Origin: Octopus bimaculoides
Lineage: Eukaryota
DNA: 64,000 nucleotides
Reading direction: 5' to 3'
NCBI RefSeq assembly: GCF_001194135.2
Contig: NC_068998.1
Span: 16,978,848-17,042,847 of the forward strand
Part shown: piece by piece, positions 1 through 14,800 of the stretch
How positions within the stretch are numbered: the first letter of the stretch is position 1
Layout: each line of letters opens with the position of its first letter
The notes under the pieces: model-generated
What the model saw: the letters and a program-made list of their open reading frames with translations, nothing else
Told to the model about the DNA's origin: nothing
Databases searched by the model: none
Translations under genes and position numbers: made by a program

Positions 1-1189
1 CTGCAGGGAATAAAAGTTGAAGGGGGAGAGGATAAACTACCTGCATCAACTTGTTATAAAAGCAGGTAGTAATTTTACCTTGTATTTATTCTTAGTGCAA
101 GTTTTGAAGAGTGCAGTTCGATTTTAACAGTTATTTTTTCAAAGCTCTAATGGAAATGACAAAGGAGCATATGTGGCATATTTTTCTTTATAAGTTCATT
201 AAAGGCAACAACACAATGGGAAGTGCGAGGAATATTAATGCAGTATATGAGGATCAGACAAGTGTAAGCCAGTGTCAATGGTGGTTCCAGAAATTTTGAG
301 CCGGAAACTACAGCCTAGATGAGCCTCGTCCTGGAAGATCTGTAGAGCTCAACAAGGATGTCCTGCAAACCTTGGTGGAACAAAATCCCATCATAACTGT
401 TGAGGAACTAGCAGAGAAGATTGGATTTGATCATTCAACCATTCATTGATACCTGCGTGCCTTCAGAAAAGTCAGCAAATTGGGTCAATGGGTTCCTCAC
501 AAACTTTCCATGTGCAGAGAGTGAATGTGCGCTCTTCTTTGCTGTCACATCTCACAAATGAACTTTTTTTGGACCGAATATTGACTGGTGATGAGAAATG
601 AGTTCTCTATGAAAATGTCAAGCATGTCAAACAAAGGAGTAACATTGGCATTCCAGGCTAAAGAAGGTTTTCACCCATGTAAGGTGTTGTTATCTGTTTG
701 GTGGGTTATGAAGGGTTTAGTCCATTTTGAACTTTTAAAGCTAAACCAAATGGTAAGAAAGGAGATCTACTCCAAGCAGCTTGAGCAGCTCAAGTCAGTG
801 ATTGAAGAAAAATGATCATTTTAGGTATCAATTACGATAAAGCTTGGCCACATACAGTAAGGATGACAGTTTGAATGGGAAACAATGCCCCACCCACCAT
901 ATTTGCAGGATATTACTCCATCTGATCATCATTTATTCTGCAGTCTTCAAAATCATTTGGACAGAAAAAATATGAATTTTGTAGATGAGGTCAGAACAGT
1001 ACTGGAGGAGTATTTTTCGTCACGGGCAAGTGAATTCTGGAAGAGGGGCCTTGCAAGTCTACCAGATAGATGGAGGAGCATTGTAGAAAATGGAGGAGAG
1101 TATATTTTAGATTGAAAAATAAATTTATCTTAATTTTGAAAAAAAAAAAAAGTATTAAAAAACCACACTATTTATGGGATAACCCAATA
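1..1189 (+). mobile_element. Mariner (Tc1/mariner, DD34D) DNA transposon remnant, left end outside window; lies in KCMF1 intron 2
   Basis: Decayed transposase across 150-1115. Putative right TIR ...ccacactatttatgggataacccaa ends at 1187 and is followed by TA (1188-1189), the mariner target dinucleotide. Confidence 0.92.
150..1115 (+). pseudogene. Disrupted mariner transposase
   Basis: The fragments are mariner motifs: MEMTKEH..HIFLY..KG (HTH), WVPH, TGDEK (first D), KVLLSVWW.MKGLVHFELL, YDKA.PHT (second D), PHPPY..DI.PSDHHLF (third D) and LPDRWRSIVENGGEYILD*. Several stops and frameshifts interrupt them. Confidence 0.9.
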
Positions 1190-3229
1190 TATATATATAC
1201 TCACACACACACACGATGTACTATCATTCCAGCATTTGCTTTAACCATCAATGAATTATTTGAGGAAAAGTAAACCTTCATGAAATGGATACACACATTG
1301 CTGTGGATAAGAAGTTTGTTTTATAACCACATGATTCAAGCTGGATTACACTGTGTAGCACCATGGACAGGCACCTATTATTGTCTCAAGCTGACCAATG
1401 CCTTTCAAGTGAAACTGTAAGAAGTCCATTGTGTGTGTGTGCTGTGTAAGACCAATGTCATCTCCTATGTACCCATGTCTTTGTTTACAATGCATTTCCC
1501 TCAGTCCTTTCAGCACACATACAAAGAACTAGGGGGAATAGTACTTTTCTTAGAAAAGAGTGTGGGCTGGTATCAACTGCATTTGGATGGTGCTTTTTAC
1601 GTGCCACTGGTATGAGGAGCCAGTCAGGCGGCAATGTCAACGACCTCGGCATGGTTGGTGCCTACTGCATGCCACCAGCACGAGAGCCAGTCAGGTGGCA
1701 CTGGCAACGGCCACAAATAATCCATGGATGAAATTTATAAATATTTTAATGCATTGTGATGCATTAAAACATTTATAAATCCCAGCCATGGATTATTATC
1801 ATTATTATATTTGTCTTATATTATATTGGCATAACCCCCCAAAAAACTGCTGTTGCCAGTTGGTATCATTAGGCTGCAGCCGGCATGATAATATATGCAT
1901 ATTCAAAAATGTCTCCTGCAAACGAATTTAAAGGATACATACACACACACATACATATATATTTCTATATATATATCATATATGATTTCTTTTGATACAG
2001 TAAAGGATGTAAACATTGGCAAAACAACAGTGCTCCTTAAATGAAGTCATCTGAGTTAGACACCCCCTCATCAATCTCATTATCAGAAATATAATCAGTG
2101 GTCTTGTAGAATTTTGTATCCAGTGATGTTATGGTTAATAAATTGCAAAATAAACCAACAAATCCAACATGTTATTGGTATTTGTTTCAGCAATTTAGAG
2201 GGACAAAAAGCAAAGTAGATTCTGATAATATCAGAACATTGAAGAGCAGAGGGGTAAAGTCAGTGTAACTGCCCACTGTTATTTTAAGCATTACCAGTGT
2301 CCTCTCAATAATAACAATGACATTTTTTAAACTTTTTTTTTTTTAATTCAAAACATTAAACTAGAACATGGTAAATTATGATGTTAAAGTGTTAGGTTCA
2401 AAACACGAAGAGAGAAAAGAAAGATAAGAACATTTAGATTTAATGAAATTAGGACAGAAAATATGAAGCCAATAGAATGGAAAGGAAAACAAACTAAGAT
2501 TTCAATTACTTATGCAGTCTAAAATAAATCCTTTTATTCATTGATACCTACTAATATTTAAAATTACTGAGACTAATAAATACTTGTGAAAGCAGAGCAT
2601 TCAAATTTCCACTTAAAAGTCTATACTATACAAAAACAGAAGACAAAGAAATTTAAATGAGAGACATTTAGAAAATAATTGAAAAAATGTAAGTCAACGC
2701 TATTTGGAAATATACAAGTAAACACTAATTGTTTACAAATTATACAAGCACAAGAAGAAACATGTTGCAAACATTTAATTAGAACAGAGTTTATCGTTAA
2801 TTTGTCTAATTTGTATTCTACCATATTATGAAACCTATGGTAAATACAGCATAGTTTTTAAATTGAATCTTAACTATATTGAGTTAATAAAAACATAGAA
2901 CCCATGTCCTCAAAAGTTGAACAGTGGAAAGGTTCACCATATTTTTTATAAATTAAAAAGGAGTTAAGTCAATTAACTAAACACACAATGTATTTTTTTG
3001 GTTAAAAAGCAAATAAAAAACAGAAGAGGGGAAGAGGGACTCAGAAACCTGAAGCCCCATCTACAAAATATTTCCAAGAAAATTGAGAGAGGTTCAACGA
3101 AATAACACAGAATAATGCAATGTGAAAATGGATACTAATTATATCATTTAAGATAGAAGCATTCTGAGAAGTCACTGAACCATATTTTTTTGATTTTTTT
3201 AAAAAACTTGTTCGCGATTTGATTGCAGC

Positions 3230-3530
3230 CATGCTGAGACACCACCTTGAAAGGCTTTTAGTCGAACAAATTGACCCCAGGATTTATGTTTTTTAAGCAG
3301 AGTACTTATTCTATTAGTCTTTTTTGCTGAACTGCTAAGTTACAGGGCTGTAAACACACCAGTTGTCAAGTGATGGTGGGGGGACTAACAGACACACACA
3401 CGACAGGCTTTCAGTTTCTGTCTACTAAATCCACTCACAAGGCTTTGGTCGGCCCAAGGCTGTAGTAGAAGACACTTGTCCAAGTTACCACATAGTGGTT
3501 GAGAAGCAAACTTCTTACCACACACCAGTG
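3230..3530 (-). mobile_element. SINE family A copy (degenerate)
   Basis: Matches the reverse complement of the full copy at 63369-63910 by eye. Confidence 0.75.
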
Positions 3531-6500
3531 CCTAATTGTTTATAAATTATACAAGCAAAATAATGTACGAGATTATTTTAAAAAATGATGAATACACTTC
3601 CATAAAATATGGAAATTGTTGGACTTTGGAAATCATGATGCTTAAAAAAAAAAACAATCCACTATGAAAATCACAAACCAAGAACAGTTTTTCTTTTTTA
3701 TTTGTTAGTAGCTGTTGAGGTGCCGAAAATCTCTAGCTTCATTATCTGGATTAAAAGGGATAAAAGTAAAATACAACAACAGAGGCTGGTGAAAAAAAGA
3801 AAGTCAAAAGCAAGATTAATGTTTTGTAAATAAATACAGGGAAGTGGGTGGATTAATGTCAAATTAATACCTATTAAAAAGGCTTTCATTTGAAGAACAA
3901 TGAAATATTTGTAATGTCAGTTTAATAATAATAGATTTTCTAAGATTTATTAATCTTGACAAAAATAGGTCACAAAATATGGAACTTAGTCAAGATTTTG
4001 AAGAGGTCACACTTTATGTATCTATGTATTAGGATCTTTTTACATTCTGAGAGAGAGAGCAGGGTGGGTGACAAAATGACTTTCAAAAAATGTGTTGTTA
4101 CATAGTTTAGAGGGAGCTGAATGATGTTACAGGAATGGAAGTTAGCCAATTAAGCTAAGAGACTGAAAATACAAAATAGAGATTTTCTTTGCAAGAGCCT
4201 CCATTCAGATGTAAGCATTTTTCACAATCTCAAAAAGGAAAATGACACTTTGGCAGGTTCTGAATATAATTGGTACAGTTTTGTGGTCAGAATCGTAAAC
4301 AATCCAACAACCTATGAATTATATAGCTTAAATTGAAAAATTTTATGATACTGAGATAGATGGTCACTTTTTTTTTATCACTTATTCAGGAGGTAAGGGC
4401 AGGGCTCATGTATCATTTGAGAGCCTCTGAGACTGGGAAAGAATGGGGAAGGTATCCTCAAACCAGAGACCCATATTTGAGTGTTTGCAACCAAGTGGAC
4501 TCCACAAAAGATACGAAGGACCAAGTGGTGGTGATAAACTGGATAACAGATTAAGTCTATCACCAAGTAGGCCATGATGAGATTTGAACTCAAAATACAA
4601 AGAGCCAGGGCAAAATACTACAAAGCATCTCAACCAATGCTTTAAAAATCCTACCAGCCCATTGTCCTAGAGTGGCACTTTATTGACCCAAAATGATGAA
4701 AGTCAAAGCAGACCTTGGTAGATTTGAACTCAGAATGGAAAGAACTGGAATAAATACTGAAAAGCATTTCATATAATGGTTTAACAACTCTACTAATTTA
4801 CTGCCTGATACTTTGGATTAGGTTAAATCATGTTCTTTGATTATTGAGAGTTGATATAGTTCTCTAATGCAAGCCAAAAAATTAGCAGTCAGCTTCCAGT
4901 AAATGATTTAATGCAGAGTGGCCGTTGCAAAAGCACTTAGCACTCAATGGTCCAGTCCACCAAGGCAAAAGCAGATATTATGTAACAATACAACTCCTAT
5001 TGCCAGCAGCTGGGACACTGGATAATTAAGTCTTTCAGTATCCTGCAATGCCGAGCTGAAGTTCTCTTACAAACACAGGCCATAAAAGAGATGCTTACTC
5101 AGCAGAATTGTTTAAACAATTCTATTATTAACAAGCCAAGTAGACAGAATATGAACAAATTTAGAAGTGAGCAAAATGATTAAAGTTAAATTTGGAACTA
5201 AATTGTGATAAAAACACTGGAGCCAATATTCTTTATTGTTCACCTTAATTCTAAAATAAACAATCCAAACCACAAACTTGACAGATTTTTCTTTTTGATA
5301 TTGCTTTCCAGGGAAAGAGGGCAGATCAAATCCTTAGCCAATAGGAGATTCAAATGAAGACAATACAGTTATTATTTTCAAAGTGAGAAAAAAGAATCAG
5401 GAGTTTCATAATTATGTAATTTTATAAAGGAAAGCTGGTACATTGTCTGGTAAAAGATTTTTGATGAAAACAAATAATAGTAGAAAAAGAGATAAGTAGC
5501 TATATGTCAATGAGAATCACAGTATAACTGGTGTGTTCAGAGGAGCAGAAATTGTTATAACAGAAGCAAAAATAGGAACCAACACAACAGTAAGAATTTA
5601 AAGAAGATTCATAAGTTTAAAAAGATAAAACAATTGAGAATTGTTGAAACAAAAAGTGAAGACTAGTTCAATTTCCTATAGGTAACTAACATTTGGACCA
5701 TGACATCAGCGAATCCTACATGGATTAAATAAGAGTGTAAAATATTGTTATGGGTTGAAGAAAAGTTAAGGAAGCTAATGTTATTGGAAAGGGTAACTGA
5801 TAAATGCGAGGACATTTTAGGCAACTTTTATATGACTTCAAATATGTTGTGTACTTGTACTTTTCCTTTGTATGAGATACTGGCACACAAAAATTATTGT
5901 TGGAAAAACAAATATGCAATTCTCACAACCTGTTTCCTTAAACTGTTAGAATTTAAAAAAAAATTTGATTATGAAGAGAAAAACACAAAACATCAATAAC
6001 AAGTTGCCATTACACCAGATTCATGAGAATTCTATATTACTGAATAATATTACTGCTTCATTAATTTTATGTCTACTTTCTTCACAGTGGCATCAGCGGT
6101 CTATGGTCAAATGCCTGTTCTGATATCAACTCTTACATATTTTCAAGTAATGTAATTTATTCCTTCAATTCATGTTAATTGCCAAACCTTTTGTTGATAT
6201 AAGACATAATCATTGTCACCATGAGCTGAACAATTCCATGTAATGACATGCTGATGACAAATACAAATTGCAGGCTTCCATACATTTTTCCATGTACCAA
6301 ATTTTGTTCACATGTCATTGGTCAACTTGAAGCTATAGTAGAAGACAAGGAGTGAGCAGTAGGCCTGAACCTGAAACCATCTGGTTACAAAGCAAACATC
6401 TTAAGCACAGTCATGACTGTACCTACCATTGTTGTTTTACCTATTCTGCACAGAATAATTTGATCAATGTAATTATACAAAAACATAAGATATTATAAAT

Positions 6501-6632
6501 CCAGTTTAGATTGAAAAAGAATACATGATAATTATATACTAAACTGATCTGATATTTGCTTAGCTGATTACATTATGCATATATATCCAAGGATGTAAAC
6601 AATGGTAAAGATATAAAGAAAAGAATTAGTAC

Positions 6633-6800
6633 CAAAATCAGCCTTAGTAAGTATACATTGGACTGGGTGATCTGTAGTATGTCTGGTTGTGGTGGCACCT
6701 GCCTCATAACAATTTGCACAGAGATCATAATCATAGCAGACAAGACATTTGTATCTTTTCCCACGAAAGTTGCCCTTCAAACAGGAATCACAGCTCACAC
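6633..6800 (-). CDS. KCMF1: KCMF1 coding exon 2 (168 nt, ZZ-type zinc finger)
   Basis: Acceptor atacttgtag| ends at 6801; donor TTTG|gtacta starts at 6632. Phase 1-1. Confidence 0.96.
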
Positions 6801-7829
6801 CTACAAGTATAAGAAAAATAGAATAGAAATACAAAACGAAGAGCAAATTTGTAGTATTCATAACAAAATACAAAGTAAATTGAAGATAGGCTTTTTTTAT
6901 TAAAAATTTAATAATTTTCTTTTTTTTCTTGAGCTCTATACATGCTTCTAAAGAAATGAGAGATACATAGAAGTCATAAGTAAACTTGTTATCAATAATG
7001 TAATTCATAATTTATAGAATTATAAAAATATAATTGGGAATATCATCATAAATGACTTATTGTGATTGAGATGGTAACCTCACATTTTGCAATATGTTTA
7101 TATTGTAACAAGGAAAAAGTTTTTGCTATTAGATTTCTCATTGGTCAGGAGGAAATTAAGAGAATATATATCTCAGGAATTTTGTGCATGTTAATCTATA
7201 GAAATGGTCTTTGGAAATATATCTGTACTAACAACAATAATGGTGGTTTCAAATTTTGGTATAGCACCAGTAATTTTAGGAAGAAGGGGTAAGTCGATCA
7301 TATCAATCTCATTGCCCAGTTGGTACTTTATAGACCCCAAAAGGATGGAAGGGGAAGTTGAATCTGGTGGCACTTGAGATAAATAATTCTAATTTTGACA
7401 TGAGGCCAATAAATGTAAAGGGGGAGAGGATAAGTTCATCACATAAAACTCAATACTTTCAACAGTACCTTATTTTAGTGACCCTGAAAGGATGAAAGGC
7501 AAAGTTGACTTTGGTGGAATTTGAGTTGAGAATACAGAGTGAAAGAAATGCCACTAAGCTATGTTGAATTCAGTTGAATTCTAAGTTATTTCTCTTAACT
7601 ATTCCAATATGTAATGATTACTAAGTTCATTCAATTTATATTTGTTTTTCCAGGCTAACATGTACTGGATGAAGACTTAAATCGAGGCAGCATTTTATGG
7701 TTGGATGCCTGCCCTGTCACCAACCCTAACTTGTTTTTCAAGCAAAGGATTTATTATTTCGCCAGTCTTTGAAAGAACAGAGTTACAAGACATACTATTT
7801 ACAGGGAATACAAACATTTTCCTTAAACA

Positions 7830-7879
<50 letters not shown>

Positions 7880-8671
7880 CATCATCATTTAACGTCCACT
7901 TTCCATGCTAGTATGGGTTAGACGATTTGACTGAGGACTCGCAAACCAGATGGCTGCACCAGGCCTATATATGTAACCCATGCCAACATAGGAAGCAGAT
8001 ATTAACTGATGATGATGATGACATTATACACTTATTTCACTTAGTAAGCATTGGGTATCCTAAGGCTAAAGTAGAAAGTATTTGCCCAAGGTGCTACATA
8101 GGACTTGAGATGCATGGTTATGTATAGAAATTTGTACCCACAGAGTCATGCATGCATTTAACTGATATCCAAACTAGAGGAATGTTGGTCAGGGTCACCT
8201 TTTCTAGTGTTATTTTGCCAGCTCTTCAAACAAGATTTTAACAAGACCTTACTGTTTCAATGTACAATATTCTAATAATTGAAAAGACGGTAAATTTCAT
8301 ATAAATGTTTTAAAGAAGAAAGTTGTAACTAATGGACTGCCATCATTGCTTTTAAGTCTGCTTTTTCTATGCAGGCATTGTTTAGATACTTATTGAGCAG
8401 CATTTTGCAGCCAGCTGTCCCAATCTGCTACCAACCCTTGTTTCTTGAGCAAAATATTTTTATTTCACTGGCCTTTAGATGAAACTGCAAAGCTTTGGCA
8501 CATATTGCTGACAAAGGATGTCAATGTGCCACACTCACACACACAGGCTATCTACGATTTCATATTCATTCACAAGTTATTGGTTGGTCCAGGGATATAG
8601 TAGAAAACACTTGACCAAGATATCACACAGTGGGACTATTCAAACCCAATTCAAAACCATGTAGCTGTGAC

Positions 8672-8725
<54 letters not shown>

Positions 8726-10474
8726 CACACATATATAGTACGAGCCACTTGCCATAGGTACCATACATAGATGGAGATGTATAATATAATTTATTAAATT
8801 ACGACTTAAGGAAAACAGGTTATTAATGTCAAATATAAATGCAGTTTAAACAAGGAACGTCTTGCCAACACAATAATTTGTCATATGAAATTTTGCAGTA
8901 AGTTAACACATCTATTTTATCATGTATGAAGAAGCTATAAAGCCTGCAATATAGATTGGCACTCAGCCAGAAACTCTCTTCATTCTAAAGCAATCGACTC
9001 TTAAGTAGATATATTTCAGAATAAATCTCTTATAATTCAGCATGTTTCACAAAAACAATTATCAATATCTTTTAATGACAAAATAAAAATAAAATTAACC
9101 AATTCATTGTTTTTGAAATTTAAGCAAATTATTGCTTTCCTCAGAGATTCTGCAGAAAAATAAGCTTAGTAACATATGGAGGGTAGTTTGTCAAGAACAC
9201 TACTAAATATTTTATTAACATTAATGTTTAACTGAATTCAGCAGATCTATGACTAAAAGCATACCAACTATGACTAACCTGTCTTTTATTAACAGCATAT
9301 CCTACTTTTTAAAAACTATTACACTATTAATTCTTAATGCTTCAAGTACTATGCTTTTATGACAAGAAAACGACAAAAATTGAAAGCTTGGATAAGCTCA
9401 AAGGATTATTTATGTTTGAACAACATTATTGCATGTCAGCAATGAAAATACCTAGTCATTAGTATTTTTTCAATCATGCTTTTAAATCTGCCAATATTTT
9501 ATGAATATTGATAATTTAGGCATTATAAGATTATGATAGCTAGTGTGATGAGGGGGGAATTTAGCTGTTATTTCTAGCAAGTAACCATGTAAAAGCTCTC
9601 TCTTTGTTTAATACTTATTGGCTTTAATTCTATAATTGATTATTAAAAGATAATTGTTCCTAATTTCTTCAAAAAGTTCACAAATCTATAGTATATTATT
9701 CAACTTCAATCACTGGGAAATAACATTGTATTAAATTGATAATAATTGTGTATATTTAGGGACTGGCTTGCTTTTTCTGCTCATGCATCAATGAGTAATG
9801 GTTTTATGGAAAAAATTTATGATATACCCAATAGCCATCCATTTTCCATATCCTGTTTTTGAAATTTCCAATGATTGGCTTTCTAAAGTTCAGGGTACCA
9901 TGGAACTTTGATGGAAAAATTGGTTCACATTATCAAATTCCATAAGCCAAACTTTCAAGAATGCATCATTTATGTAACACAGAGAATTGCCTGCATACAT
10001 TTCCCAGTACAAATACCCATGCTCCAGAGCAGAAGCATTAATGCCTCTTCTCCTGATGAAGAGGATTGGTTTGCAAGAGCCTTGTGCCTATGCCACGTAA
10101 AAAGCACCCAGTACACACAGTAAAGTAGTTGGCATGAGGAAGGGCATCCAGCTGCCGAAACCAAACCCTGAATTTTAGAAAGCAAATCAGACTAGAACCT
10201 GACACAGCTCTGGTTGAACTGTCCAACCCATACCAGCATGGAAAACAGGTGTCAAAGGATGATGATGACGTACACACACATTTTTTTTTATCGATAACTG
10301 GCAGAAGTTACAAGGTGACTCAAAGGCAGAGAGTCGCATGCATTGCCAACACTCTCAAAACTCTAGGCCCTGTAGCTAGCCTCCAATGTCTGCCAATTAC
10401 AAATAAAAAAACATACTCACATCCGAGTTTTATATTTTTCTGTTTGCATTACCAAACCTATGTATATGTCTACA

Positions 10475-10512
<38 letters not shown>

Positions 10513-11473
10513 AAATGTTTTCGTAACTAGATTCAATTATTTTTTAATATCTGATAAAATTAAGGTCAATAAGTACTGGACAAAGAGAGTACTTTTTCAT
10601 GCTTGCATGAACCAGACAAGACTACAGTGGGACAGGATTTTTCTACAGTTGAGTGCCTTTCCTGATACCAACCCTCATCTATTTCCAAAGAAAGTAATAG
10701 TCACCAGCCCAGACATGGTTACCTAGAGAACCGGACACAGTGACACTGTTGGAATGTGTATTTTGTTTATAAAGATTGCAGAACATGCCAAGAATTTTTT
10801 TGTGGTAAACTGCAAGCAATTAACACTACCAGCATAATTTGATGCTTTTGTTTACAATCAACCAATACACATGAAGATAAGGGGAAATAAGAATTCACTG
10901 ACATAAACATATATATCCCATCCCATACATACATGTGTGTGTGCATATATATATAGTTAAAAAAAACACAAAAAACAATAACAAAAAAACAACAAAGTGA
11001 GGACGTGATACGGATAGTGTTATTGGACGCTCGGGAAAGGAAGGAGAGAGAGTATGACGTTTCGGGCGGAGCCCTTTGTCGGAAAGACAGAAAGTTCGGA
11101 GAATGGAAAAACGGAGGAAGAGGAAAATGGCACCGATGCCCACGAGGTTACATTGTGAAAGGACTGGAAGAGGAGGTGGTGGGGGAAAAGTTCTTTCTAA
11201 GACAGGAGAGTGAAAAGGGAGGTGAATATCTGTGCGTGCGCGAGAGTCTGCGAGTGTGTGTGTGTGATAACAGAACGTGTGGATGAGCTTTTTCACTCTG
11301 TTAACTAATTTCAATGACAACATATTGCCCAACTTGTGACTATAATATAGAAAACCAGTAGAAAGCACCGACACAGTGGGACTGAAACCATAAACATGTA
11401 GTGCCAAAGCAAACTTCTTAACCATACAGCTATACCTGCACCTGTGTGTAATCTCTCTCTCTCTCTCTCTATT

Positions 11474-11512
<39 letters not shown>

Positions 11513-11760
11513 TAGATAGATATTATACACACAAAGTACAATATGGCAGTGAAGGAACATACTGAAACCACCCCCCCAAAAACACACAAAAGACATATAC
11601 ATGCTCACCACTCATCAGTTATTGACAAAAAAATCATCACAATTTCAATGCCTTATTGATAATAATGTTCGATTTGGTGGTATCAACAGCAAAACACTGC
11701 TGGGGTATAAATGAACAAACATGAAGTAAAGAATGAGACCTCTAAACCAAACAATGTGTA

Positions 11761-11801
<41 letters not shown>

Positions 11802-14800
11802 TTTACTGCATGGTAGAAGCATATAGGGATGAATTTTCCAAAAACACCACCTATAGTGTTATCTAATATTCGTTCTGTCTTAATTTGTTTTGCAGGTTCT
11901 TTTGGTAAAAACTAGTTTGAAGCTTAAGAAACAAAGCAAAAATTTAGGCTGCAAGATCAGGTAGCGTTTTCACAAAACAGAAATATTTCAATACTTTCCA
12001 CTGGATAATTTTAAAACACTGGGAGGCTTATTTAAAAAAAATTTTTTTAACTCTAGAAAATCTTAAATCTGGTCTTACACCTGTCTAATTTCAATTGTTC
12101 CTTTCATCCTGCAAAAATTCTATGTAGTAAACTTTACAGAATAGGAAACTCCAATTTTAATTCAGTGTGAAAGCTTTTAACTAACACTTAAAATAGATGC
12201 CATAAAATGCTAATGAACTGATTGTTGCATACGAAAATCTGATAATCCAGGTGAAGATCCCATTTCTTTAAACACTGTATTATTTAATCCTTGAAGGGCT
12301 ATAGCAGACCCTCATAAAGGTAGTGACAGATTGAGGCTAAATTTGAAATTCTACAGGTTCATTTTAGAAAAAAATGTGGATGAGGGAGGGTTCCAGATGG
12401 ATGTAGAGTATGGAATTAAGGACTAAGCATAATAATCTTTAGCAAGGTATTTTAAATAACATAAACAAGGAGTCACTACACAAAGTTATTCCTGAGGACA
12501 GACCTGCAAATTATAAACAAGCTAATACTGTTACTCTGGTTATATACAGAAGAAACACCAGCAACTTCACTCTTGCCTTCCAGTGAAGGCCAGCTGCTAC
12601 AAACAATGAGGCAGTTCAACTATCTCTGCACAACATACGTGCTATAAGCAGCAAACTAGCTTTGCCACCACTATATGTAATAAATAGACAGATGTAAACA
12701 CCTTGTCTCTCTCTATACAATACATATTTGTCAGTTTCATTTTTGTGTTGGGGTTTCATCAACAACTGAGTATCCTCTTGAACTGTCCAGGGAAATTGCT
12801 TACAGACTCACTATTATAAAGTGGGTAAGTAAACTGGATAAACCAATTAGCTTTTATAACACTTTCTTGGTACATTACTGGTGTGTTAACAGTGTTTTTG
12901 TTTTAATGCTATCCTGTGCTACAGGGCCTGTGTAAATATTTTAATCAATTCTATATGTAATAGGCATGTAAACACCTTGTTTTTAAAGAGAGTATCTTTG
13001 TGGACAAAATAAAAAGGATCAGACTTATTTCAATTTCTGTGTTGGGATTATACAGGTGGATGTAATGTACATATAGACAGTGTTTACACATGCCTATTAC
13101 ATAGCGTTGGCTAAAATCTATAGATAGACAATGTAGTACAGAGTAGCACTAACACTAGACATTATTAACAGTAGTAATTTATTAATGGCTCATGAGTCAG
13201 TGTTGACACGAGAAACTATTGAGTATATAACAGATGAAACCAATAATATATGAAAGCTTACAATCTTAAACCTTTTATTACTATGACAAAAATTAATGTT
13301 AGCCATCATAAATGAAGGATTCAAGTATAAAAAAAAAAAAAAAAATTCAATCCTATTCCCTCCTTAAAAGGGCTTACTATACACATGTACACAAGTATTG
13401 TTTACAATAACATATCTCACCCTACGATATACATATAAACACACACACACACACAATAATCATTTAACGTCCTCCTCAAATGCTGGCATGGGTTGGACAA
13501 ATATATATATAGTGAGAGAGAGATATAGTGCACAATAGATTGTGGACAAAACAAATGTCAAGTACATCCTAATATCAACAATTTACATAAATTTAGTTTA
13601 TTTACAGCACCAATTGTCCATCACAAACAAACTATTGCAGACATTTTTATAACCCCTAATCACAAATACGTCTTATACTCAACTGGTATCTATTACTAAG
13701 ATTTATGGTTCATTCAATATATGCACACCTTAGATCCCTCTAAGTGTTCTTTCAGTAATGGCTGGTTATAGTGTCATACTGAGTTCTGACATAGAGCTTT
13801 TGTAAGATACTAACATCAGTTGTTACTACAAGCATCACAGTAACCAAAAAAAAAAAATGTGCAAAATATCAGTGAACATTACAGATTACTGAAAGTTAAT
13901 TTCTAGAGCATATTTTTTTAGCTGTGTATTTCAATTATATTTTCAACTTGGTTTCCATAGCTGCAAACAGAGGTGGTGCAGAATAAAGATATTCATAAAT
14001 AAATAGATCAGATTCATTAAATCACTAGTGAACAGTTGTTAAAAATAACTTCAAGTTGATGGGAATTGTCACTTTCATTTATTTTTTTTATTGATTAAAA
14101 AAAAAAAATTCTAAAATCATAACGAATTCAAGAAAATACAATTCACTGGTCTATTCAGACTTCAGAACAATGCTCCATTACATAATACCACATTGTACAG
14201 TTAATATGGCTTTTGAAGTTAGGAAAACTTGTCAAACTTATGTAAGCATAGGAAAATAACATGAAATGGAAAAAGCATTGTTGGCTAATTGCCTACAAGT
14301 TTTCAATATTGCACTTTTTTAAATTCAACTAAAATGACAAAGACATTTGTTGTGCTGTTTCTTGATGTCATCTGAAGGTAATTCCCTACAGAAAGAGAGA
14401 ACTTTTTGAATTTAAAACAAAAAATATCACAAAGATAATTTGTATATTTCCAAAAATATATTCCTGTTATTACATCTTAAGTTTGAAATGTGAGGGCCGA
14501 TTATAACCCTCCCATTTCAAACTTCTGGTAAAACACTTTCATTGAAGGACTCAAAATTGAAATTTTACTAATAATCAGATTTTAAAACCTAAAATTTATT
14601 GCAAACACAAAATGCTAAATATATTTTGGTATTATGTGTTCTATTTTCCTGTGAAATCTCCACATAAATCTGATTTAGTTACTTTTACATGAGAATCTTG
14701 CATTACTAATTTCTCTTGAATCGTGCACTGGAAAGCAATATACACACACACAAAATATGTAATTTGTGAAAAGCTTTAAAATTAATCTTTAAAATCTTTT

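Noticed and set aside
1190-6632. KCMF1 exon 3 (expected DLYYGGE...FTCPYCG)
   Set aside because: No such coding sequence found on the minus strand by eye; it presumably lies left of the window.
6568-7008. 146-aa ORF as a single CDS
   Set aside because: Only 6633-6800 is exon; the rest is intron that happens to be open.
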